Below are positions 46,072-54,088 of a DNA stretch of 64,000 nucleotides, in pieces. This DNA is from Candidatus Binataceae bacterium (GTDB lineage: Bacteria; Desulfobacterota; Binatia; Binatales; Binataceae): the NCBI GenBank assembly GCA_036495685.1, contig DASXMJ010000191.1, positions 64,203 through 128,202 on the forward strand, given 5' to 3'. The translations under genes and the position numbers were made by a program. Positions within the stretch are counted from its first letter, which is position 1; every line of letters begins with the position of its first letter. A model generated the notes under the pieces. That model saw only the letters and a program-made list of their open reading frames with translations. It was not told the origin of the DNA and did not search any database.

Positions 46072-47596
46072 TGTAATCAGTCATGAAAGCGTCGAACAGT
46101 TCCTGGCCCAGTTGCCGCTCTTCGCGTTTCACTTCGGCGGAATGCGCATCGGCAACCGAATCACCTACCCGGGCGAGCAGTTCGAGCGCGGGAGCATAAC
46201 TGAATTCCGCATTCGCGCTCCCGGTCCATCGATAGAGCCCGGTGCCTTCGGGGCGGGAGGAAAACGTCGCGCGAAAGCCGCCATCGCCCTGCGCAAGCAC
46301 CCGTAGGAATTCGCCTGCGATCAAATCGATGATTTTGTGGATGCCGGGCGGTGCCACCAACGTTGGCACGGCCTCCATTGTGCTGATGGTTTCCACGGTG
46401 TCCGGACCAGACCGGAAATTCGTCGCGAAGCTCAAATCCTTGAGCCCGAAGGTCAATCCAAGCCGCGTGAGTGTGACCGACGTCCTGGTGTAATAGATGC
46501 CGTGGCCAGGTTGCGTCAGGTCGACGCCTTCCGCGGCTGCCTGATAAGCCTCGTTGAAAGGCGTCAGCAATCCTCTGCGCACCATGAAGATGGTGCGCAT
46601 GCGGCCGCGATTGAACTGAGTTTCGAACCAGCGGTTGCCGTGCGAGTCGGTGACCACCGTCTTGGCCACTACCGAAGGCGCGATCGAGCGATAGAATTGA
46701 TCGAGCTGCGGAAACGGTTTTAGCGAATTTGTTTGTAACTCTGCATCGAGATTGAACAGAACCACCGGGTCGCCGGAGCCAGAGAACTCATCAAGTACGT
46801 TGCGAAACTTCAAGTAGTGCTCGAGCTTAGCTGAGAAGTTGGGCAAATCGTTGTGAAAGCGATCGAGGATCGCGCGATCGTGGTGGTTGAACACGCCAGG
46901 TTGGGTGTCCCACGGCGCGCGCAGGTCGCCGTGGATGAAGCGCAACAAAGCCGCCAAAAAAGCCAACGCGCCACTGGCACCGTACGTGTCGGTGAGCAAA
47001 TCGCCGCCAACTTGACCGTCGACCGCACGAATATCGCCGTCGACTGAGCCGGGGACAGGCTTAAGCGCGAAGGCGCCCACCAGGTGAAAGGGAAGTTCCG
47101 GAGTTTGAAATTTGGTGGTCAGCTCATACAAGTAGCCCTCTTGCGCTGGCTGACCGATCACGGAGACCTGATGGGCCTTCTCGGGAAGCTCGGTCCAGGC
47201 GATATCTTTGCGAGAGTACAGAGACGCGGCACGAATGAGGGTGGCCTGACGGGGCGGAAGCTGATCGAGAAGCTTGCGGACCGGCGGACTGAATTCGGGG
47301 TGCAGCCAGATTTTCCCCTGAAAATCCAGCTGCCGGTCGGCGATCGCAAGAGAACGTTGCGCGCGTGACGGACCGGGAGGCGCCAATGCTAGAACGGTGT
47401 TAAAGATGGACTCGCCCGGCGCAGAAAAGCCGGGCGCGGGTACCGGGTGGGTCGCCGGTGTCTCGGCGCGGGCGAGACCGGTCCCGGCGAGTACCAAGAG
47501 CGTCGCGCACGCTACAGAAGCGCATCGGAGTATGGCCGTAGAAAGCCGCGGAATTGTCTGGTGTGACCGCTGGTGGTATCGTTGGCGAAATGGCAA
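45995..47596 (-). CDS. Secreted hypothetical protein (about 533 aa) with a signal peptide and a probable TTG start.
   Basis: This is the C-terminal about 530 aa of the 780-aa ORF 45995..48337. The portion upstream of 47596 is antisense to prfA/rpmE and of low complexity. An in-frame TTG at 47594-47596 gives (M)PFRQRYHQRSHQTIPRLSTAILRCASVACATLLVLAGTGLARA|ETP, a credible signal peptide. No ATG is available. No family recognised. Confidence 0.5.
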   Translation of the reverse strand: MPFRQRYHQRSHQTIPRLSTAILRCASVACATLLVLAGTGLARAETPATHPVPAPGFSAPGESIFNTVLALAPPGPSRAQRSLAIADRQLDFQGKIWLHPEFSPPVRKLLDQLPPRQATLIRAASLYSRKDIAWTELPEKAHQVSVIGQPAQEGYLYELTTKFQTPELPFHLVGAFALKPVPGSVDGDIRAVDGQVGGDLLTDTYGASGALAFLAALLRFIHGDLRAPWDTQPGVFNHHDRAILDRFHNDLPNFSAKLEHYLKFRNVLDEFSGSGDPVVLFNLDAELQTNSLKPFPQLDQFYRSIAPSVVAKTVVTDSHGNRWFETQFNRGRMRTIFMVRRGLLTPFNEAYQAAAEGVDLTQPGHGIYYTRTSVTLTRLGLTFGLKDLSFATNFRSGPDTVETISTMEAVPTLVAPPGIHKIIDLIAGEFLRVLAQGDGGFRATFSSRPEGTGLYRWTGSANAEFSYAPALELLARVGDSVADAHSAEVKREERQLGQELFDAFMTDYNDSRPKLLALDGVQKGSSENAPLHP

Positions 47597-47617
47597 TGAG
47601 TGGTTAGATTCACCTAG

Positions 47618-47818
47618 ATGAGAACCGAAATTCATCCCGAATACCGCCGCTGTATAGTCACCTGCGCCTGCGGCAACACCTTTGAGACTCGCTCGACCGT
47701 CAAAGAGTTGCACGTCGAGGTCTGCTCGAACTGTCATCCGTTTTACACCGGCCAGCAGCGCCTGGTCGACACCGCGGGGCGCGTCGAGCGCTTCAAGCGC
47801 AAGTACGGACTGAAGTAG
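47618..47818 (+). CDS. rpmE: 50S ribosomal protein L31 (zinc-binding type A).
   Basis: [27 protein letters not shown]...[11 protein letters not shown], Cys4 zinc ribbon. Confidence 0.9.
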   Translation: MRTEIHPEYRRCIVTCACGNTFETRSTVKELHVEVCSNCHPFYTGQQRLVDTAGRVERFKRKYGLK

Positions 47819-47942
47819 CATTTGAGCTCCCGCCGCCCAGGGCGTCGCACGTCTTAGGGTGACGGGAGAATGGTATTTGCGGCGGGTGATTCCCGCCGCG
47901 ATTCGTTTCGGGGTCTGAAGTGCGCTCCGAGTTGGTCGAAAG

Positions 47943-49004
47943 ATGCTCGACAAAATCAAAGGAATTGAAGAGCGCTTCGCGGACCTGGAGAAGAAACTCC
48001 AGGACCCGGCGACGATCGCCAACAATCGCGAATTCGCGCGCCTGGCCAGGGAACGTGCGCAACTGGTGGAGGTTACCGATTGCGCGCGCGAGTACCGCAA
48101 ATTGCTGGATGAGGTAGCGGAGCACAAGTCGATTCTCGAAGGCGATGACGCGGAGTTGCGCGAACTCGCCAAGGCGGAGCTCCCAGCATTGCAGAAGAAG
48201 CAAGAGGCGGTCGAGCAAAAGTTAAAGCAACTTCTGACCCCGCGCGACCCCAATGATGAGAAAAACGTCCTCCTGGAAATTCGCGCCGGCACGGGCGGTG
48301 CGGAAGCATCACTGTTTGCGGGCGAACTGTACCGCATGTACGCGCGCTACGCCGAGCGCCACGGCTGGAAACTGGAGGCGATGAGTCTCAGCGATACGGG
48401 ACTCGGCGGGATCAAGGAGGTGATCGCGCTTATCAGCGGACGCGGCGCCTACTCGCGTCTCAAATACGAGGGCGGGGTTCATCGGGTGCAGCGGGTGCCC
48501 GAAACCGAAGGCTCGGGACGCATCCACACCTCGGCGGTGACGGTTGCGGTCATGCCCGAAGCTGACGAAGTGGAAGTGAATATCAACGAAGACAAGGATC
48601 TGCGCATAGATGTTATGCGCGCTTCCGGGCCCGGCGGGCAAAGCGTGAACACGACCGATTCCGCGGTCCGCATCACCCATATTCCAAGCGGCATGGTTAT
48701 CGTGTGTCGCGACGAGAAATCGCAGCATAAGAACAAGGGTCGCGCGCTCAAGATTCTACGCGCGCGCTTGCTGGAAAAAGCCCGCGCCGAACAGGACGCG
48801 CAAATCGCAGCTACCCGACGCTCGATGGTGGGGACGGGTGACCGGTCCGAGCGCATTCGCACCTACAACTTCCCGCAATCGCGGGTGACCGACCATCGTA
48901 TCAATCTGACCATTCACCAACTCGAGCAATTTCTCGACGGCGCACTGGACCCGGTAATCGACGCTCTCGCGACCCAGGAGCAGGCACAAGCGCTCAGCGC
49001 CTGA
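47943..49004 (+). CDS. prfA: Peptide chain release factor 1.
   Basis: GGQ motif (SGPGGQSVNTTDSAVRITHIPSG) and RF1-type PxT-region architecture. Confidence 0.95.
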   Translation: MLDKIKGIEERFADLEKKLQDPATIANNREFARLARERAQLVEVTDCAREYRKLLDEVAEHKSILEGDDAELRELAKAELPALQKKQEAVEQKLKQLLTPRDPNDEKNVLLEIRAGTGGAEASLFAGELYRMYARYAERHGWKLEAMSLSDTGLGGIKEVIALISGRGAYSRLKYEGGVHRVQRVPETEGSGRIHTSAVTVAVMPEADEVEVNINEDKDLRIDVMRASGPGGQSVNTTDSAVRITHIPSGMVIVCRDEKSQHKNKGRALKILRARLLEKARAEQDAQIAATRRSMVGTGDRSERIRTYNFPQSRVTDHRINLTIHQLEQFLDGALDPVIDALATQEQAQALSA

Positions 49005-49010
49005 CCGCGA

Positions 49011-49892
49011 ATGCCGCGACCGACCGCATCGAGCCAAACCCCAAAAGCGTCGGTCGTCATGGAAGCGGCTGCGGCAAGCCTGGCGGCGGCCGGGATCGAG
49101 TCGGCGCAACTCGACGCGCAGCTTTTACTGGCGGCGGCCACCCACGTCGATCGCGCGGCGTTGCTGTCGGGCAGCGTGGATCTGTCCCCTCAAACTCTTG
49201 CGCAGTTTGCACCGATGATGGCCCGGCGCACGGCGCGCGAGCCGGTGGCTTATATTCTGGGCCGACGAGAGTTCTATTCCCTGGACTTCGAAGTCAACCG
49301 CGAGGTGCTCATTCCGCGCCCGCACACGGAGACGGTGGTTGACGTGGCGCTTGAGTTCATCGCCGACCACCCGCGCGCTCGGGTCCTCGATCTCGGGACC
49401 GGATCGGGGGCAATCGCAGTGGCGCTGGCCGTAAACGCGGCTGAGGTTAGCGTCGTAGCATCTGATATCTGGCGGCCCGCGCTGGCCCTCGCCCGGCGTA
49501 ACGCCGTAAGCATCAAAGTTGCGGAGCGAATCGGCTTCGTTGCGGCTGACCTTTTCGAGCGGTTGGATGCCGGGCCTCCCTTGGGGAAGTTCGATCTCGT
49601 CATCTCCAACCCGCCCTATATTGTCGACGATCAAGTCGCCCGGCTGGAGGCAGAGGTGCGGAATTTTGAACCGCTGGTGGCTCTGCGCGGAGGCCCCGAC
49701 GGCTTGGATTTCTTCAGGCGCATTGCGGTCGGCGTCAAATCGCATCTGGAACGGGGCAGCCTTCTGGTGCTGGAGGTCGGCGCGGGACAGGATAGTGCGG
49801 TGGCCGCAATTCTCGCCGCGGCGGGAATGCACCCGGCCGCCGTGATAAAGGATCTGGACGGCATTGCGCGGGTGGTTACCGCGCGACCCTGA
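49011..49892 (+). CDS. prmC: Release factor glutamine N5-methyltransferase PrmC/HemK.
   Basis: NPPY motif (DLVISNPPYI) and SAM-binding VLDLGTGSGAIAV. Confidence 0.85.
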   Translation: MPRPTASSQTPKASVVMEAAAASLAAAGIESAQLDAQLLLAAATHVDRAALLSGSVDLSPQTLAQFAPMMARRTAREPVAYILGRREFYSLDFEVNREVLIPRPHTETVVDVALEFIADHPRARVLDLGTGSGAIAVALAVNAAEVSVVASDIWRPALALARRNAVSIKVAERIGFVAADLFERLDAGPPLGKFDLVISNPPYIVDDQVARLEAEVRNFEPLVALRGGPDGLDFFRRIAVGVKSHLERGSLLVLEVGAGQDSAVAAILAAAGMHPAAVIKDLDGIARVVTARP

Positions 49893-49899
49893 GCTCGCG

Positions 49900-51165
49900 A
49901 TGGAAAAAATGATCATACGTGGCGGCGCGCCGCTTAAGGGGCGGGTCGTCCTCAGCGGAAGCAAGAATGCCGCGCTCCCGCTCATGATGGCATCGCTGCT
50001 GACCGATGAGCCGGTGCGAATCAGCAACGTGCCGCGGCTTTGGGACGTGCGAACCGCGATCGATCTCTTAAGCGGGGTTGGGGTCGAGGCCAGATGGGCG
50101 GGAGAGCATCAACTCACCCTGCACGCGGCGCGCGTGACCGGACACGAAGCCCCCTACCAGCTGGTCAAAACGATGCGGGCCTCCTTCTTCGTGCTGGGCC
50201 CGCTGCTCGCGCGCTCGGGCCGCGCCCGCGTCTCAACGCCTGGAGGGTGCGCGATCGGAGCCCGACCGGTGAATCTGCATATCAGCGGAATTCGTGCCCT
50301 CGGAGCGCGCGTCCAACTTCGGGGCGGGTACGTTGAGGCACATGCTGAACATCTCAAGGGCGCACGAATCTGGCTGGACAATCCCTCGGTAGGAGCGACC
50401 GAGAACATCATGATGGCGGCAACCCGCGCTCGCGGGAGGACACAGATCGAAAATGCGGCCCGCGAGCCGGAGGTCCAGGATCTCGCGAGCCTGCTCAATG
50501 CGATGGGGGCGCAGATAAGTGGCGCGGGAACGCACGTCATCGAAATCGAGGGTGTCGATCGCCTACACGGGGCCGATCACGAGACCATTCCGGATCGAAT
50601 CGAGGCCGGGTCCATGATGATCGCAGCGGCGATAACCGGCGGCGATATCGAAGTTGCCAACGCTCCTGCCGCGCATCTCGACGCAGTCATGGTCAAACTG
50701 CGCGAGGCCGGAGTGGAGGTCAGCGGGAACGGCAGCTCGGGAGTGCGCGTACGGCGCAACGGGACACTCAAGCCGGTGGAGGTTCGAACGCTTCCGTACC
50801 CGGGATTCCCCACCGACCTGCAGGCGCAGATGATGGCCCTGCTTACCCAGGCCTCCGGGACCTCAGTGATCACGGAAACCATCTTCGAAAACCGCTTCAT
50901 GCACGCCCCTGAGCTGATCCGGATGGGCGGCGACATCCTGATGAAGGGTCCCACCGCAGTGGTCCGCGGCCCCACCCAGCTTAGTGGCGCACCCGTGATG
51001 GCAACCGATCTGCGTGCGAGCATGAGCCTGATTCTCGCGGGTCTGGCTGCTGAAAACACCACCGAGCTAAGTCGCATCTATCATCTCGATCGTGGCTACG
51101 AGGCTCTCGATGCGAAGCTCGGCAAGCTCGGTGCTCGTGTTGAAAGAGTAAAGGACGCCCCTTGA
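49900..51165 (+). CDS. murA: UDP-N-acetylglucosamine 1-carboxyvinyltransferase MurA.
   Basis: [13 protein letters not shown]...[11 protein letters not shown]-terminus and two-domain EPT fold pattern. ATG 8 nt after the prmC stop. Confidence 0.9.
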   Translation: MEKMIIRGGAPLKGRVVLSGSKNAALPLMMASLLTDEPVRISNVPRLWDVRTAIDLLSGVGVEARWAGEHQLTLHAARVTGHEAPYQLVKTMRASFFVLGPLLARSGRARVSTPGGCAIGARPVNLHISGIRALGARVQLRGGYVEAHAEHLKGARIWLDNPSVGATENIMMAATRARGRTQIENAAREPEVQDLASLLNAMGAQISGAGTHVIEIEGVDRLHGADHETIPDRIEAGSMMIAAAITGGDIEVANAPAAHLDAVMVKLREAGVEVSGNGSSGVRVRRNGTLKPVEVRTLPYPGFPTDLQAQMMALLTQASGTSVITETIFENRFMHAPELIRMGGDILMKGPTAVVRGPTQLSGAPVMATDLRASMSLILAGLAAENTTELSRIYHLDRGYEALDAKLGKLGARVERVKDAP

Positions 51166-52481
51166 AGCCACCAATCCTCAAGACCGGCACGGCGGAATTC
51201 CGGCGATTCATGGCGATGATGAGCGCACGACGGGACAGCGGCGCGGCCGCGCGCGTCGACGCGGTAGTAGGGAAAATTATCCGCGCGGTTCGCCGGCGCG
51301 GCGATGCGACGCTGATAGCATACACCCGCGAATTCGACGGTGTGCGAATGAGCCGCCGCCGGCTTCGCGTCACGGGCAAGGAGCTGGCGGCGGCCCTCAC
51401 GAGGATCCCATCCAAGGATCGCCGCGCGCTGGAGTTGGCAGCTGCCCGCATCGCCGAGTTCCACCGACGTACACTGGCGGATTCCTTTGCGTACCGCGAC
51501 CGCTTCGGCATGCGCCTTGGACAGATAGTTCGGCCTCTTCGGCGGGTGGGTATCTATGTGCCGGGAGGCAGCGCAGCGTATCCGTCGTCGGTTTTGATGA
51601 ACGCAATTCCCGCACGCGTGGCCGGAGTCGAGGACATCGTCATGGTTTCGCCACCTACCCGCGGAGGCGAGCGCGAAGTGGTCATGGCAGCGGCGGCGAT
51701 TGCAGGAGTCACCGAATATTATCGGGTCGGCGGCGCGCACGCCGTGGCGGCACTTGCCTATGGCACTGCGAGCATCAAACCGGTCGACAAGATCGTCGGG
51801 CCGGGCAACGCTTACGTGCAGGCGGCAAAGCGGATGGTCTATGGGGCGGCTGATATCGACAAAATGGCCGGTCCCAGCGAAGTCATGGTCATCGCAGATT
51901 CGAGCGCGAATGCGCCGTGGGTTGCTGCAGACCTGATCGCGCAGGCCGAGCATGGGTCCGGTGATGAAACCGCCATGCTGCTGACGACCTCGGCGCGGCT
52001 GGCACAAGCAGTGGCGATGGCGCTCGCTGGGGCGCTGCGCTCGCTGCCGCGGGCAGTGGCGGTGAGGCGGGTGCTGGCAAATCGGGCGGCGTTGGTGGTC
52101 GTGCGCAACCTCGCGCAAGCATTCGAGATTGCCAACCAGATCGGCCCCGAGCACCTGGAACTCGAAATCCGCGACCCGCGTCGCTGGCTCAAGCAGGTCA
52201 AGTCGGCCGGAGCGGTATTTCTGGGTGCTTTAAGTTCCGCGCCGCTTGGCGACTATATTGCCGGCCCCAACCATGTCCTCCCCACGGGAGGCGCGGCGCG
52301 ATTTGCCTCGCCGCTGGGTGCATACGATTTCCTTAAACGAACCAGTATAATCGAGGCTTCGCGGCAGGCGGTCGACACCCTGGCGCCGATGGCTGCGCAA
52401 CTCGCACGGATGGAGGGGTTCGAGGGCCACGCGCGTGCGATGGAGATGCGTTTGGGAGCGCCGAGCAGGGTCGAGGCGTGA
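51162..52481 (+). CDS. hisD: Histidinol dehydrogenase.
   Basis: HisD conserved blocks (IYVPGGSAAYPSSVLMNAIPA, AQAEHGSGDE). TTG start overlaps the murA stop. Confidence 0.9.
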   Translation: MKPPILKTGTAEFRRFMAMMSARRDSGAAARVDAVVGKIIRAVRRRGDATLIAYTREFDGVRMSRRRLRVTGKELAAALTRIPSKDRRALELAAARIAEFHRRTLADSFAYRDRFGMRLGQIVRPLRRVGIYVPGGSAAYPSSVLMNAIPARVAGVEDIVMVSPPTRGGEREVVMAAAAIAGVTEYYRVGGAHAVAALAYGTASIKPVDKIVGPGNAYVQAAKRMVYGAADIDKMAGPSEVMVIADSSANAPWVAADLIAQAEHGSGDETAMLLTTSARLAQAVAMALAGALRSLPRAVAVRRVLANRAALVVVRNLAQAFEIANQIGPEHLELEIRDPRRWLKQVKSAGAVFLGALSSAPLGDYIAGPNHVLPTGGAARFASPLGAYDFLKRTSIIEASRQAVDTLAPMAAQLARMEGFEGHARAMEMRLGAPSRVEA

Positions 52482-52487
52482 ACACAG

Positions 52488-53156
52488 ATGGCGGCAAAAG
52501 TAAAATCTGCCCGTAAACCGAGCGGGCGCAGAGTCACGCCCGTCGTTATCGGACCGAACTCACCACAGCGGGCGGCGGAACTGGAACGCAAGACGCGCGA
52601 GACGCAGGTTAAGGTTGCGCTCAAAGTCGACGGCACCGGCCACGGCGAGATCGCGACCGGGGTTCCTTTTCTCGACCACATGCTCGAAAGCTTCGCACGC
52701 CATGGGTTCTTCGACCTCAAGGTCGAAGCCCACGGCGACCTGCACATCGACGAGCATCATACGGTCGAAGATGTGGGCATTGTGCTGGGTCGCGCCTTTC
52801 GGCAGGCGCTGGGCGATCGCTCTGGAATCCGCCGCTTTGGTGAGGCGACAGTGCCGTTGGACGAAGCCTTATGCACGGCGGTGGTGGATATCAGCGGCCG
52901 CTCGTACCTTTCGTACGAAGTACCGGTGGCGCAAGAACGGGTTGGTAACTTTCCGACGGAGCTGGTGCAGGACTTCATGAAGGCATTCAGCGATGAGGCC
53001 GGCATCAACCTGCATCTGCACCTCCGCGCCGGCCGCAACCCGCATCACGTTATCGAAACCGTGTTCAAATCGTTCGCGCGGGCAATGGATCAAGCGAGCT
53101 CGCTGGAACCCCGGGTTTCGGGAGTGCTTTCCACCAAGGGGACGCTAGCGTCCTAG
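52488..53156 (+). CDS. hisB: Imidazoleglycerol-phosphate dehydratase.
   Basis: RKTRETQVKVAL...GHGEIATGVPFLDHMLESFARHG...HHTVEDVGIVLG IGPD motifs. About 25 aa N-terminal extension. The true start may be internal. Confidence 0.85.
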   Translation: MAAKVKSARKPSGRRVTPVVIGPNSPQRAAELERKTRETQVKVALKVDGTGHGEIATGVPFLDHMLESFARHGFFDLKVEAHGDLHIDEHHTVEDVGIVLGRAFRQALGDRSGIRRFGEATVPLDEALCTAVVDISGRSYLSYEVPVAQERVGNFPTELVQDFMKAFSDEAGINLHLHLRAGRNPHHVIETVFKSFARAMDQASSLEPRVSGVLSTKGTLAS

Positions 53157-53168
53157 CCCCAATCGGTT

Positions 53169-53903
53169 TTGTTTAACAAGTTCACTGTCATTCCTGCAAT
53201 CGACTTGAAGGGCGGCGAGGTTGTTCGCCTGTTGCGCGGCGATATGGCGCAGACAACGGTTTACGGGCGGGAACCGGCGACCGTGGCCCGAGAGTTCGAA
53301 GCGGAGGGCGCGCAGCTGATTCACGTCGTCGATTTGGATGGTGCGATTGCGGGCGAGCCGCGGAATCTGGGAGCGATTCGCACCATTCGCGAGGCGGTGA
53401 AGTGCGCGCTCGATGTGAGTGGCGGGCTGAGGACCATAGGGTCAGTGCGGGCAGCTTTTGCAAGCGGCGCCAACTATATCTCGATAGGCTCCGCGGCGAT
53501 TCTCAGGCCGGAGCTGCTCACCGACGCCTGCCGCGAGTTTCCGGGGCGTGTGATCGGCTCGCTAGACATCCGCGGCGGCAGGCTGGCGATCAAGGGATGG
53601 GTGGAGAGCAGCCAGCTTTCCGCTGCGGATGCGCTGGCTCGCTTTAAGGCAGCGGGCGTGGTGGCTGTGACAGTAACCGATATATCGCGCGATGGAACCG
53701 AAGAGGGGGTCGACGCAGCTGCGATGATCGGACTGGCACGCGGCAGCGGCATTCCGATCATCGCTTCCGGCGGGATAGCGAGTCTCGCCGACCTCGCAAT
53801 CCTGGCCAGTTCCTTTAATCAGGGAATTATCGGCGTCGTGGTGGGTCGTGCGCTTTACGAGCGGCGTTTCAGTCTGGTCGAGGCCCTATCCGTATCCGGC
53901 TAG
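53169..53903 (+). CDS. hisA: 1-(5-phosphoribosyl)-5-[(5-phosphoribosylamino)methylideneamino]imidazole-4-carboxamide isomerase.
   Basis: VIPAIDLKGGEVVRL N-terminus typical of HisA, not HisF. Phosphate-binding C-terminal G-rich segments present. Confidence 0.85.
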   Translation: MFNKFTVIPAIDLKGGEVVRLLRGDMAQTTVYGREPATVAREFEAEGAQLIHVVDLDGAIAGEPRNLGAIRTIREAVKCALDVSGGLRTIGSVRAAFASGANYISIGSAAILRPELLTDACREFPGRVIGSLDIRGGRLAIKGWVESSQLSAADALARFKAAGVVAVTVTDISRDGTEEGVDAAAMIGLARGSGIPIIASGGIASLADLAILASSFNQGIIGVVVGRALYERRFSLVEALSVSG

Positions 53904-53989
53904 CGGCCGGATCTAGGTCGGCGCCGAAGATGAGCCGAAGAGGCTCCCAGCTGCAGAAGAAAAAAACTGATCCCGGTGCTCAAGGCGGG

Positions 53990-54085
53990 ACGCTCGCAAA
54001 GGCCGCTCGGCCGGTTTCGTGACGACACCGTCGCTTGGAGCGGCCGAAGGTTCAACGAAGCTCACGGCCGCTCGGCTAGTGGTCC
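53990..54085. other. Nested imperfect inverted repeats (GACGACACCGTCGC...GGAGCGGCCG / CGGCCGCTCGG...CACGGTGTCGTTTC) in the hisA to acyl-CoA-synthetase spacer.
   Basis: Seen directly. Could form a long imperfect hairpin of about 70 nt. Ends in a short T-run (gtcgtttc). Confidence 0.3.
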
Positions 54086-54088
54086 ACG

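Noticed and set aside
47597-48337. N-terminal about 245 aa of the 780-aa minus-strand ORF (45995..48337).
   Set aside because: Low-complexity Ser/Ala/Arg-rich translation lying exactly antisense to the well-supported prfA and rpmE genes. Only the part downstream of the TTG at 47596 looks like a real (secreted) protein.
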